Below, one piece after another: positions 1-8,769 of a stretch of DNA of 26,866 nucleotides. Positions within the stretch are counted from its first letter, which is position 1, and every line of letters starts with the position of its first letter. The notes beneath the pieces are model-generated. The model worked only from the letters and a program-made list of their open reading frames with translations, was not told where the DNA came from and searched no databases. The stretch is from a virus (lineage: Duplodnaviria > Caudoviricetes), in IMG/VR virus record IMGVR_UViG_3300037484_000747, positions 1-26,866 of that record; one strand, written 5' to 3'. The position numbers were made by a program, and so were the translations under genes.

Positions 1-346
1 GTCCATCAAACGCGAACGTAGTCACTTCACCAAACTTTCCTGCAATTATATCATTGGTTATTTTCTGTACGTTCATCCATGTTTTCAAATACTGTATATT
101 CGAAACTCCCGGATCGAACTGCCAATAATACAATTTCGTATCGTCGTCTTCACGCAAACTTGAATGCCCTAGTTCTCCCGGCGCAACAATAATATGGCGC
201 TTCGGTGGGAATGTAAGGAAACTCGTTGACTTACCACTCAATGGTGGTCCATTGACAAGTAAGCGCCGGAAGGTATTCTTCCATGCATCGAGATCGATTT
301 CTTCGAGTTCGAATTCGCCTTTCTCAGTAACTGTTATTCTCGGCAA
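1..346 (-). CDS. P-loop ATPase, AAA_24/Sak4-like phage recombination protein (runs off window edge)
   Basis: Not in ORF track; hand-translated from TTG at 346 with GGAGG upstream: MPRITVTEKGEFELEEIDLDAWKNTFRRLLVNGPPLSGKST (Walker A) ... VTTFAFDG (Walker B-like). Confidence 0.75.
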   Translation of the reverse strand, partial: MPRITVTEKGEFELEEIDLDAWKNTFRRLLVNGPPLSGKSTSFLTFPPKRHIIVAPGELGHSSLREDDDTKLYYWQFDPGVSNIQYLKTWMNVQKITNDIIAGKFGEVTTFAFDG

Positions 347-373
347 ATTTGCCTCCAACAAACCAACACAAGC

Positions 374-397
374 AAAGTGGGCCGTCGCGCCCACCTT
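374..397 (-). terminator. Possible intrinsic terminator or processing hairpin
   Basis: Minus strand AAGGTGGGC-GCGACG-GCCCACTTT followed by a U-rich tract, just downstream of ORF 420-629. Confidence 0.35.
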
Positions 398-419
398 ACT
401 TGGTGGTATTAATTACAAC

Positions 420-629
420 TTATCGGTTCTCCAATGCCTTCCGAACCCGGCGCAAGCAACGCTGCGCTTTAGCAGCATACGTAGTCGCGGCGTCGCCAGT
501 CAACCCTTTCTTACTCGCAACGGTCTTACCGATCGTCTTACTGAATACGAACAAATCCTGAAGAACCTCAGCGCCGCTGCCTTTCATTGAAAGAGTAACA
601 CTTTCCTCAATCGCGGACAATGCTTTCAT
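420..629 (-). CDS. Hypothetical protein
   Basis: ORF 420-668; likely start MKALSAIEE at 629 after an AAAGGGGG RBS-like tract. Confidence 0.55.
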   Translation of the reverse strand: MKALSAIEESVTLSMKGSGAEVLQDLFVFSKTIGKTVASKKGLTGDAATTYAAKAQRCLRRVRKALENR

Positions 630-689
630 AAATGATATCACCCCCTTTCGTTTGGGATCAACGAACATCAGAATCTATCGACGGATTCA

Positions 690-833
690 TCAGTTCGTTT
701 GTAAGTCGAACATATCTTTGCATTTTGTCGAACAAAAGAAATAAAGCCAAACACCAATAATTAATGTAACAGTGTCTCGGTTAGCTGGTATTTCAACACC
801 ACAACCTTTACAAAGACAAGTCATTAAAGTCAT
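690..833 (-). CDS. YHS/TRASH-like metal-binding microprotein (47 aa)
   Basis: Hand-translated MTLMTCLCKGCGVEIPANRDTVTLIIGVWLYFFCSTKCKDMFDLQTN; CxxC ... YxFCSxxC pattern. Confidence 0.6.
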   Translation of the reverse strand: MTLMTCLCKGCGVEIPANRDTVTLIIGVWLYFFCSTKCKDMFDLQTN

Positions 834-848
834 TACATTAAAACCTTT

Positions 849-1073
849 CTATCGATTATCTGCTTCACTTCTCCAATGTGCGTGTGCTGGTTCACAAAAA
901 CCTTGCATACCTTCTTGGGCAATTGGTTCAATAACACGTAACTTTTCGGTTACTTCGTTCAAGTGTTCAGAAACCTTTACATAAGTTTCGTGATGCGTTT
1001 TAGCAACGTGATCGCGTAAGTAAAATATTCGATAAAACTCAGATTTACAAAACCGACAAATAAGTTTTTTCAC
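849..1073 (-). CDS. C2H2-type zinc finger protein (paralog of 19465-19665)
   Basis: CRFCKSEFYRIFYLRDHVAKTHH = C-x2-C-x12-H-x4-H. Confidence 0.7.
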   Translation of the reverse strand: MKKLICRFCKSEFYRIFYLRDHVAKTHHETYVKVSEHLNEVTEKLRVIEPIAQEGMQGFCEPAHAHWRSEADNR

Positions 1074-1123
1074 AAATCTTGCATCGCTTTCCCCGCCGAA
1101 AATTTTCCCATCGTCGTACCACC

Positions 1124-1152
1124 AATGTAACCCGTCGCGGTGCCGGTGTCAA
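1124..1152 (-). promoter_or_regulatory. Sigma70-type promoter upstream of the C2H2 gene
   Basis: Minus strand TTGACA (1152-1147), 17 bp spacer, TACATT (1129-1124). Confidence 0.6.
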
Positions 1153-1493
1153 GTGTCGCAAAATTCCGCTTCAATTACGGGCGGTTCCATCGATTGCTCG
1201 ACGATTTGGTCCGGCTTTGCGCGTTCGGTTGATTTGACAACGTGATACGATATAAGCTTTTGATGATGTTGTTGCTTTGGTGCATGCTTCTTTTGCGATC
1301 CAATCTTTTGTGAACCTTCGTACGAATCACTAAGCTGGCTCCCATTGAGTATCGCTGTAAAGTGTCCTTTTGGAGTACACTTCGCGAACAAAACATTCAA
1401 TCGCCGTAACATCGCGCGAGTGAATGATTTCTCTTTTGTATCATCCATGTCAACCTTTACCGTCAATCGAAGTATTGCGTATTGTTTTGACAT
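1149..1493 (-). CDS. Hypothetical protein
   Basis: 114 aa ORF coupled to the upstream gene, GAGG RBS. Confidence 0.55.
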   Translation of the reverse strand: MSKQYAILRLTVKVDMDDTKEKSFTRAMLRRLNVLFAKCTPKGHFTAILNGSQLSDSYEGSQKIGSQKKHAPKQQHHQKLISYHVVKSTERAKPDQIVEQSMEPPVIEAEFCDT

Positions 1494-1720
1494 TAAAAGT
1501 CCTCAATACAAATTGGCGGTTTGCAACGACTGACTACCTTTTTGACTTCTAGTACGAGAATAGTTTCGTGTTGACTGCCAGTTGCGGCAACAATTCCTTT
1601 GGCTTCGTCTATTTTAGCTTGTAACGTCCCGGTTGCAGGAAAGCCATTAAAGCTAAGTAAGTCTTCTCGGCGACGCCGCCAGATAACATATCGTTTATTC
1701 GTCTTTGCCATCGTCTTCAC
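1493..1720 (-). CDS. Hypothetical protein
   Basis: 75 aa ORF in the tightly packed operon. Confidence 0.55.
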   Translation of the reverse strand: MKTMAKTNKRYVIWRRRREDLLSFNGFPATGTLQAKIDEAKGIVAATGSQHETILVLEVKKVVSRCKPPICIEDF

Positions 1721-1862
1721 TTCCTTTCAATTCGTCAAGACACCAAGCACATTCAGGCGGTCCTTTGCACTCATTATCGTGGTGTGCCAATCTTTGGAGT
1801 TCATCAAGTTGCTCCACCATCCAATCATAATGCGAGCCGTAGAAGTCATAACGTCGTGGCAT
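1695..1862 (-). CDS. Hypothetical microprotein (55 aa), possible metal binding
   Basis: Hand-translated MPRRYDFYGSHYDWMVEQLDELQRLAHHDNECKGPPECAWCLDELKGSEDDGKDE; fills the gap between neighbours. Confidence 0.5.
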   Translation of the reverse strand: MPRRYDFYGSHYDWMVEQLDELQRLAHHDNECKGPPECAWCLDELKGSEDDGKDE

Positions 1863-1865
1863 CTA

Positions 1866-2750
1866 TCAATCGCGTTCTCGCTTCGGCCACGATTCAATTG
1901 CGTATGCTCGTGCAGCGCCAAGTGAGCACAAGTCTTTGAACTCGCACTTTTTGTTGAACGCAAAACACCCTTTTGGCGCTTGCTTAACATACACTGATTT
2001 CGATTTCGCACGCAGGATTTCGTCAGCAGCTTGGCAAGTTTCGTCAATCCACTCTTTTAGTTGATCAGTTTCTACCGGATCAAACTGCCGATTGATTGCA
2101 CACGACGCTGGACTGTCATCACGTACTGATCCAGCCATGCTTCGTATATGTGTTTTCATCAAGAACTGCGCATCACATACAAACGCCTGACCGAGCAACT
2201 GCCGATCGAATACATCAAGGTCAGAGTTTATATCCCATGTCGAGTGCTTAAAATCATTGACGACTGTTTTGTTATCACCAACGCGTTCAAGCACTAAATC
2301 GGGAATCGATAAATAAACTGCTTTGATATTTGGCAGTATTCGGTAATATTTCTTCTCTGACGCGATAACGTTGTACATCGTAAAGTCTTTATCAAACATC
2401 GCGATGTATTCACTAACAATATCGCTTGCGTGTTGAATTGAGTAAATCGATTGCTTACCCCTTGGGCACGGAACCGAACCAACAGCATCGTGATATTTTG
2501 TCCAGCACTTTTGCCATTCATCAGACGACATTATCTGTTTACCGTTAGACAAATACCAGTATGAAAACGCCGGATGCAACATCAAGCCAGAGAACTTCAT
2601 TGGCCATGTAACTTCCGTCGCTAACTTTTGCATACTCGTATAATGCCATTTTCGCTGGCACTGATCCCACGCTTCGATTTGCGAATGTGAGATCACCAAG
2701 TAATCGGGGTTCTCGGACATAAACTTCTCAAATGGGATTTGATCTTTCAT
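1866..2750 (-). CDS. PD-(D/E)XK exonuclease, Cas4/RecB-like (PDDEXK_1), probably Fe-S binding
   Basis: ISHSQIEAWDQCQRKWHY N-terminus, IPDLV...VNDFKHS catalytic motif, QLxxQ, and C-terminal CFAFNKKCEFKDLC (1+3 Cys). Confidence 0.85.
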   Translation of the reverse strand: MKDQIPFEKFMSENPDYLVISHSQIEAWDQCQRKWHYTSMQKLATEVTWPMKFSGLMLHPAFSYWYLSNGKQIMSSDEWQKCWTKYHDAVGSVPCPRGKQSIYSIQHASDIVSEYIAMFDKDFTMYNVIASEKKYYRILPNIKAVYLSIPDLVLERVGDNKTVVNDFKHSTWDINSDLDVFDRQLLGQAFVCDAQFLMKTHIRSMAGSVRDDSPASCAINRQFDPVETDQLKEWIDETCQAADEILRAKSKSVYVKQAPKGCFAFNKKCEFKDLCSLGAARAYAIESWPKRERD

Positions 2751-3523
2751 TCATCAATCTCCTTAATAATCAACTTACCATCATTTCGGCGAACAAACTT
2801 AATCCCATACGATGGCCGTGTTACTGGCAATCGGCTAAAATATATTTTCTTATCGAAAATCGTAAACTGTGCAATATTCTTGATATTTGTATTACGCAAC
2901 GAACTCAGTCGTAAATTAACAGCAATAGTATAACGACTTCGGCCTTCGTAATCTATCAATGGATTTAATATAATATTAAACTTCTGTCCGTTGACAACAA
3001 ACTCCATTGGATTCGATGCACCGTTGGAGCGCAAATGGCTCTGGTCAAGAATAGGTCGTGGTGTTTGTTCGGGGTGTTGTACATCAGATGCAGCAGCAAA
3101 CAAATTTAAATTTTGCATGTTATAGTTAACCATCGGCACGGAATGGCAAGTCGCTGGTGTCGGGCGATATGCAAAAAATAATTCAGCATCATGAACAGGT
3201 AGTTCATAAGCGTGAACATATTGTACCAAAAATCTGTGCGACAAATTCGTATAATCATACGCATTAGTTATTTGTACTCGGCGGAAAACTGCAAGTGCTC
3301 CATGTATAGAATCGAACATCCCAAGCTCAATCAAATTGCGAAGGATGCGATTCTCCATACGTGCCCAATCACGCCGTACTGTTGCAAGCCTACTATCCCA
3401 ACCCAATGCCGCAATATATTCCTCGAATAATCGTAAATATTCAGTCCGTGGGGGAGCTAAAACACTAGGGTCTGGGTTAGGTTCAGCGTCAATAGGCATT
3501 ATCGGTGGTCGTTGTCGTGGCAT
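2747..3523 (-). CDS. Hypothetical protein (258 aa)
   Basis: Long ORF coupled to both neighbours; no motif recognised. Confidence 0.65.
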   Translation of the reverse strand: MPRQRPPIMPIDAEPNPDPSVLAPPRTEYLRLFEEYIAALGWDSRLATVRRDWARMENRILRNLIELGMFDSIHGALAVFRRVQITNAYDYTNLSHRFLVQYVHAYELPVHDAELFFAYRPTPATCHSVPMVNYNMQNLNLFAAASDVQHPEQTPRPILDQSHLRSNGASNPMEFVVNGQKFNIILNPLIDYEGRSRYTIAVNLRLSSLRNTNIKNIAQFTIFDKKIYFSRLPVTRPSYGIKFVRRNDGKLIIKEIDE

Positions 3524-3524
3524 A

Positions 3525-4649
3525 TTAACTCATTTCTCCATTTGCTACTTTGTACTCCCACCATTCAGAACACGTTTTGCAGCGGCACTGAACGTGGTGG
3601 CTTTTCGGTTTTTTCGGCTCCTTTGAATCTGTTGCTTTTTGCGTTCCGTTGTTCGTAACTCCCGCATCTTCGATATTCGTTCCCTGTACGCTATATCCTT
3701 TATTGCTACTATATCCATTGAAGTACGTTCCGTGATGAACCGAGTTGTTGGAGGGCGTATAGCCATGAATACCTCCGTAGTAATATGACGTTGTTGTATT
3801 GCCGTCAACCTTCTTCACACGGCGAACTTTTTCTTCACCATTGATAACAGTCGTAAAAACCGTGCTTGCATATTTGTGATCTGCCAGATCAATTGTCTCA
3901 AGCTGTACGAACTTCGGCTTTTTGTTCGTCTCAAACTTCACGAGTGTACTCGGTGGAATATACAAACGTTTCCAATAAGCAAGATCGAATGCAGGTAAGC
4001 AACCAATAGCATTGATCAAAATCTGTGCCGTACTCGCAAACACAAATCCCCATTCTGTTTGGATAACAAATAAATCGCCACGATCGCGCCACAACCACAT
4101 CGTTCCGTGTTTTCCACCTTGAATCATACCACACGCAAGCGCACCGTACATGCACTTCGTCGCTTCCTTAATAGCGACTTCAATCGATTTCACGTCACCT
4201 TCGATATAGAACTTCTCAATCAACCTGAGGTACACTTCAGTATCAACTTCGGCATCTGGCTTCAACGAGAATTGTTCTTTGATCTCGCCGTCGTTCACAA
4301 ACCAGCCATTGTGAATCATACAAAGTCCAGTTACTTTTGAATACAGTGGGTGGTTATTTTTGTTATTCGACGGTTCACCAACGGTTGCATATCGAGCATG
4401 AAGAAGCATATTCGTCGGCATTTCGGTAGGTGATTCGTATAACAAATGCCCAGGAATCTTGATAAAGTCACGCGCTTCAATTGGGAACTTCGCAAAATTT
4501 GTATTACCTTTTGCCATAATATATGCATATCCGGCAGCATCTCGACCACGCGATTGAATCCCTGTAAGCAAACAACGCGACATACTCCATAAACCTTTAG
4601 TGCTGACGAGTGTTGGATCAGTAACAATATATCCGGCTATTCCACACAT
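3525..4649 (-). CDS. Class II (Ntn) glutamine amidotransferase with low-complexity and Cys/His-rich tail
   Basis: MCGIAG (Cys2 nucleophile), RGRDAAG, HARYATVG, NNHP, HNG and DTE motifs. Confidence 0.92.
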   Translation of the reverse strand: MCGIAGYIVTDPTLVSTKGLWSMSRCLLTGIQSRGRDAAGYAYIMAKGNTNFAKFPIEARDFIKIPGHLLYESPTEMPTNMLLHARYATVGEPSNNKNNHPLYSKVTGLCMIHNGWFVNDGEIKEQFSLKPDAEVDTEVYLRLIEKFYIEGDVKSIEVAIKEATKCMYGALACGMIQGGKHGTMWLWRDRGDLFVIQTEWGFVFASTAQILINAIGCLPAFDLAYWKRLYIPPSTLVKFETNKKPKFVQLETIDLADHKYASTVFTTVINGEEKVRRVKKVDGNTTTSYYYGGIHGYTPSNNSVHHGTYFNGYSSNKGYSVQGTNIEDAGVTNNGTQKATDSKEPKKPKSHHVQCRCKTCSEWWEYKVANGEMS

Positions 4650-4795
4650 ACAGGCTCCTGTCCAGCAGTTGCTTCGGGTAATGCTTCGACTTTAATACCT
4701 TCAGTGCGAAAACCATATCCTAATGCGCCGCAAACTTCGCACCAAAAACTTTCACTACCTGTTGTTTCACCAACCCATTTCCATTTGTGTTTCAT
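4637..4795 (-). CDS. Microprotein (52 aa) between amidoligase and GATase
   Basis: Hand-translated MKHKWKWVGETTGSESFWCEVCGALGYGFRTEGIKVEALPEATAGQEPVCVE; ATGA overlap with the amidoligase stop. Confidence 0.55.
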   Translation of the reverse strand: MKHKWKWVGETTGSESFWCEVCGALGYGFRTEGIKVEALPEATAGQEPVCVE

Positions 4796-5871
4796 GCTGT
4801 AAGTGACGTATCCGTTGGTGAATTTCCTGGCCGCCGGGATTCGTCAGCAACATAATCAGGTTCGTGATAAAAGTCATCTTCGTCTTCACCGAACAATGTC
4901 GTGATATTCTGCGTCGAATCGTAAAATCCAAACTTCTTAGTTACTCGGTCATATCGATCTTCAAGGTACGAACGGAACATACCACGAATATCGAGTTCGT
5001 GGCAAAGTTGCGTCATCGCATTACCGTACAGTGGAAAGCGAAAGTCAGGTAAGTAACCCAATCCCGGTAGGTTCAGCGGTTCGCGTAACTTATCCCACGC
5101 GAGTTTCAAGTCGCCAAACTTATGTTGCTTCTTATCGGCTTCAATGATCCAATTCGGCTGAGGCCGATGGAGATAGAACATCATACCATCTTTTGGTTTA
5201 ATTATCTTCGGCTGTACGGTAAGTATCGTCTTCGGATCAATCGGTTCAAGTGACTTATCTGTCGCCAATCGATTGACAAACTTAATACACAACATCACCC
5301 ACGACGAAATCTTGTCGTAGTTGAGGCTTGCCGAATGAGCACGAAACTCAATCGTATGACGCGACGAAAACAGTGGATCAATATTGAGTGCTTGATACCG
5401 ATCGCTCGTATCTATTCCTGCCTTGCAGTTGGCATTGCCACGACGCGACAGAGGCATATACGAAAACACTGTTTGTTCAATCTTCCCCCATTCGGTGATA
5501 ATTCGATCAAGTGATTTCATGTTATTTCTTGGCGCATAAAGTTCGGGCGCATGGACATGAACATGAAGTCCGCAACTTGAGTTCACTGCACCATACTTAT
5601 TAGCGATGCCAAGTGCTGCCTTCAGTTCACCAAGTGAGTTCAATCCCAACGGTGGCGATACGAGTTCAATACCGTATCCGTAATCACCTTGAACCGTGAT
5701 CGACCCATCGGTTTTCACTTGCCACCCCGAATAGCATCCATTGGGGCAGCGAGTATGGCCGGTCGCGTAATCATCGACAACCAAACCAAACCGTTTGAGT
5801 TCGTCAACCATTTGAGCATGACTGAACTTACTTATATGCTCAATTTCAACACCAAACTTTCGCTGACTCAT
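4792..5871 (-). CDS. Putative amidoligase (Amidoligase_2, glutamine synthetase-like COOH-NH2 ligase)
   Basis: FGVEIEH, WQVKTDGSI, IELVSPPL, VNSSCGLHVHV, RYQALN and TIEFRAH motifs. Confidence 0.92.
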   Translation of the reverse strand: MSQRKFGVEIEHISKFSHAQMVDELKRFGLVVDDYATGHTRCPNGCYSGWQVKTDGSITVQGDYGYGIELVSPPLGLNSLGELKAALGIANKYGAVNSSCGLHVHVHAPELYAPRNNMKSLDRIITEWGKIEQTVFSYMPLSRRGNANCKAGIDTSDRYQALNIDPLFSSRHTIEFRAHSASLNYDKISSWVMLCIKFVNRLATDKSLEPIDPKTILTVQPKIIKPKDGMMFYLHRPQPNWIIEADKKQHKFGDLKLAWDKLREPLNLPGLGYLPDFRFPLYGNAMTQLCHELDIRGMFRSYLEDRYDRVTKKFGFYDSTQNITTLFGEDEDDFYHEPDYVADESRRPGNSPTDTSLTA

Positions 5872-5882
5872 TTGATCTCCTT

Positions 5883-6035
5883 TTAGTTTTCAATAGAAAC
5901 ACGTTTGTTTGTATCGGCAATGTACATACACATACTTTCGGTGCCCCGATTCGATGCAATATCGATATACGAAATATTGTGTTCGTCGGTTACACCTTTC
6001 GATTCAACCCACGTTTTGAATTCTTTCCAGGTCAT
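5883..6035 (-). CDS. Hypothetical microprotein
   Basis: Likely start MTWKEFKTWVES at 6035 (AAGGAG RBS, ATGA overlap). Confidence 0.55.
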   Translation of the reverse strand: MTWKEFKTWVESKGVTDEHNISYIDIASNRGTESMCMYIADTNKRVSIEN

Positions 6036-6268
6036 CGAATCTCCTTCACCTTTCGTTTGTCGGTCAGGTGAAATCCCCAATCAACAGGTAAACCCGAATG
6101 ACGTTTGAGTACACCATCACGTGAAATACTAAGTACAGAATACTTCTCGCACTCGCTTATCGGACGGTCGTCGGAATGCTTTTTGCAATATAGTATTGCT
6201 TTGTCTGGCGTCTTTTCAAACCAGAAGTCGAGCAATTGTCTTGGTGCAATATGGCAAGTGATCATCAT
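6032..6268 (-). CDS. Hypothetical protein
   Basis: 78 aa ORF with AGGAG RBS. Confidence 0.6.
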   Translation of the reverse strand: MMITCHIAPRQLLDFWFEKTPDKAILYCKKHSDDRPISECEKYSVLSISRDGVLKRHSGLPVDWGFHLTDKRKVKEIR

Positions 6269-6284
6269 CGATTACTCCTTTTCA

Positions 6285-6497
6285 TCATCGTATCTCGCGA
6301 ACCTTTCGTTCGCTATTTATAGGCAATTGCGCAATACTTTTCATTGGCAATCGATAACGTATCATATATGGTCCGACGCAGCCAATATCAATCCTACATT
6401 TGGTTCGTGAACGCTTAAAATAAAAACCAACATACTTCGGATTTATCCCATTTGTTAGCTCTAATCGGCGAACTAATGAAACCTCGCGTTTCATCAC
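6285..6497 (-). CDS. Hypothetical protein
   Basis: 70 aa ORF, operon packing. Confidence 0.5.
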   Translation of the reverse strand: MMKREVSLVRRLELTNGINPKYVGFYFKRSRTKCRIDIGCVGPYMIRYRLPMKSIAQLPINSERKVREIR

Positions 6498-6805
6498 GCG
6501 GCCTTTTTTTCTTGTTTAACTTCTTCAATAATCAGCGACAGCGAACCTTTGAATTCAATATCCGTACGCTTATCGACAAGTTCCTTAATCACATCGTCAA
6601 AGTCCATGTTGAGTTCAAGCAACTTCAGCGCGACGCCTGGAAGTTTCATTTCGCCGTCGTATTCAAATGACTTTGATTTCTTAAGATACGTAATTGCGTC
6701 GTCGGTTAACGATTTGAGCAACTTCATATCAAAGTTGCCGTCTGTCTTTTCCATCGCTGTGAAACCACGCTCAAGAAATAGCACAAGTTTCTTCACTGCA
6801 ATCAT
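6494..6805 (-). CDS. Hypothetical protein
   Basis: 103 aa ORF with AAGGAG RBS and ATGA overlap. Confidence 0.6.
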   Translation of the reverse strand: MIAVKKLVLFLERGFTAMEKTDGNFDMKLLKSLTDDAITYLKKSKSFEYDGEMKLPGVALKLLELNMDFDDVIKELVDKRTDIEFKGSLSLIIEEVKQEKKAA

Positions 6806-7101
6806 TTGATCTCCTTAATCTTATGTAACACATTAATCTGGATTTGTTGTGTCGGCAAACCATGTATAAGCGACCGACGACGAAGTGTTAGCGACTGCGG
6901 TCGAAATGGCAGCCAGGTTGATCGCATTTCAACGATGACATGTCGGCTACCGCGATAATATGTAAATACTTCAATACCATCCCCATAGCTTCTATCAGTA
7001 CTAAAAAGCAAACTATCTACGCGAATCGACCGTATGAATCGATCTTGTAATCTTGCTTCTTTTGTGTCAACTATTGCCATTCGTGAATACTTCCTTAACA
7101 A
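6802..7101 (-). CDS. Hypothetical protein
   Basis: ORF in operon; true start is probably the downstream MAIVD. Confidence 0.5.
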   Translation of the reverse strand: MLRKYSRMAIVDTKEARLQDRFIRSIRVDSLLFSTDRSYGDGIEVFTYYRGSRHVIVEMRSTWLPFRPQSLTLRRRSLIHGLPTQQIQINVLHKIKEIK

Positions 7102-7549
7102 AAAGAGAATGTGTCGGGCCAGTAAACGAACGCTTCCAACCCACCTTCAGTGCAGCTTTGATCATATTCGTGTTATCATTGCGGACCAGTGATACAGCAA
7201 ACTTAACGCAAAGCTTTTCGAGAATTCGCTCGCGCAATCCGTCAATTAAACTAAAAAGTCCTTTGCCTTGGTATTCTTCACTCACAAATGTACCGTGAAT
7301 AAACGCAATTTGATCTTCGAAAAACGAGATGTCGGTAATGAATACCGGAGATAGATAAGTATCTGGTGGATTAGCAGCAACACGCAAACGTGGTACGTCA
7401 ATACGCAGAATTGCCCAACTACGTTCGGCATTGACACGAATATCAATAATCGCATCTTTTACACCAAGCACAGATAAGTGATTCAATACTTGATGTGCTT
7501 TTGGCGAATCCTTCAGCGCGATGATATCATCAATATTGATTGCTGACAT
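7067..7549 (-). CDS. GNAT-family acetyltransferase
   Basis: HGTFVSEEYQGKGLFSLI (acetyl-CoA motif A) and VRNDNTNMIKAALKVGW (motif B-like). Confidence 0.75.
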   Translation of the reverse strand: MSAINIDDIIALKDSPKAHQVLNHLSVLGVKDAIIDIRVNAERSWAILRIDVPRLRVAANPPDTYLSPVFITDISFFEDQIAFIHGTFVSEEYQGKGLFSLIDGLRERILEKLCVKFAVSLVRNDNTNMIKAALKVGWKRSFTGPTHSLFVKEVFTNGNS

Positions 7550-7704
7550 TACAAATCCTCCATTTCGGACATTGGTGGATATTCGTTACACCATGCCTTA
7601 CAGACTATACAAAACTGTGGCTTCATATCATCAGTCATGCCAATCCAAATATTATGCGGCTTTCCATCTCTACACAATGATTGCGTAAGTTCGTTGTGTG
7701 TCAT
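7549..7704 (-). CDS. Cys/His-rich microprotein (51 aa)
   Basis: Hand-translated MTHNELTQSLCRDGKPHNIWIGMTDDMKPQFCIVCKAWCNEYPPMSEMEDL. Confidence 0.45.
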   Translation of the reverse strand: MTHNELTQSLCRDGKPHNIWIGMTDDMKPQFCIVCKAWCNEYPPMSEMEDL

Positions 7705-7714
7705 TGGTCTCGTA

Positions 7715-7966
7715 TCAAGCATGTATCGCCTCCGGTGGTTCGATTGATTGCTCGCGTATTGACTTCGGTAACTTCACTTTTGGTTTCTCTTTGAATACTT
7801 CAAATCCTTCAAGTGCCAAACAACGCCGACATATCGGCGCTGAGTGGTTTTTCTGCGCTGTACGATATAACGTACCGCACATTGACATATTAATACCAAT
7901 CGGATACCGCGCCGACTTCTGCACATTCGGGTAGTGCCAAACTTGTGATTTCATCACGGCTTTCAT
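7715..7966 (-). CDS. Hypothetical His/Cys zinc-binding protein
   Basis: H ... MCG ... CRRC pattern. Confidence 0.55.
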   Translation of the reverse strand: MKAVMKSQVWHYPNVQKSARYPIGINMSMCGTLYRTAQKNHSAPICRRCLALEGFEVFKEKPKVKLPKSIREQSIEPPEAIHA

Positions 7967-8376
7967 AAAAGCTTCTGTATCACAAAATTTGCAAGTTCAG
8001 GCGTCAAGCCAATGTTCGTGTCGCACTTAACCAAGTGTTCTCGTAAATCGTCCATGTCAGCGTCGTCGTCAAGGATAACAAACCTATTTGTACCCGGATG
8101 CTCAACCAACCACTGACGAATCTCACTACCGCGTGTTGCTGAATCACTCTGTAAACGGGGTGTAACGTCAATAGGTGTCTTCAATACTCCCCAAAGGAAC
8201 AAATTATGCCGTATTGCGTCTAATCCTTGCATTCGCCAAGTGCTCGATACGACGATTTCGGCGCCAGTGGCAAATGTAATTTTATTCAGTGATGCTACAC
8301 ATACCGGGTCGGCGCTGCCAAAGCGAGTCTTCCTGTTAGTCAGAACGCCATCGAAGTCAAGAAAGATAATTTTCAT
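7963..8376 (-). CDS. HAD-superfamily phosphatase (HAD_SAK_2-like)
   Basis: MKIIFLDFDGVL (DxD), IVVSSTWR, RGSEIRQWL and FVILDD motifs. Confidence 0.88.
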   Translation of the reverse strand: MKIIFLDFDGVLTNRKTRFGSADPVCVASLNKITFATGAEIVVSSTWRMQGLDAIRHNLFLWGVLKTPIDVTPRLQSDSATRGSEIRQWLVEHPGTNRFVILDDDADMDDLREHLVKCDTNIGLTPELANFVIQKLL

Positions 8377-8747
8377 TTTAATTTCCCTACTAAAAGTTGG
8401 TTTGCAACAACTACAGGAATATTAGTTTGATATCCAGTTGTAACCAAACCACGCCAACGAACCTTTCTTACAACATACTCGTTATCAAACAACGTTGGTC
8501 GTTGCAAATAAATATGAAATCGTAGATAATACCGTCGCCACGTTTTCGTACGTGTATCAAAAATCTCGGCTCGTGTCTTACGTGAACTCGTCAACCACGA
8601 ATTGCACTCAACCAAAGAACAACCATTATGGCGTTGGTATTTAAAAAGAAGTTCTTTTCGATCAGTTAACGCAAATATTTTCCAGCCAATTCGCTGCTGG
8701 AATGATTTTAACTTTTGAGGCGTTGGTGATATACTATCCATGCACAT
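8373..8747 (-). CDS. Hypothetical protein, paralog family member 1
   Basis: MC...QRIGWKIF...HN...RFHIYLQRP...TTGYQ...PVVVAN, shared with 9005-9352 and 9366-9740. Confidence 0.75.
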   Translation of the reverse strand: MCMDSISPTPQKLKSFQQRIGWKIFALTDRKELLFKYQRHNGCSLVECNSWLTSSRKTRAEIFDTRTKTWRRYYLRFHIYLQRPTLFDNEYVVRKVRWRGLVTTGYQTNIPVVVANQLLVGKLK

Positions 8748-8769
8748 AATTTATCTCCACAATAAGGTT

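Noticed and set aside
1866-2750. Cas4-like nuclease as a sign of a CRISPR-Cas locus
   Set aside because: No cas1/cas2 and no repeat-spacer array seen; solo Cas4-like nucleases are common in phage recombination modules.
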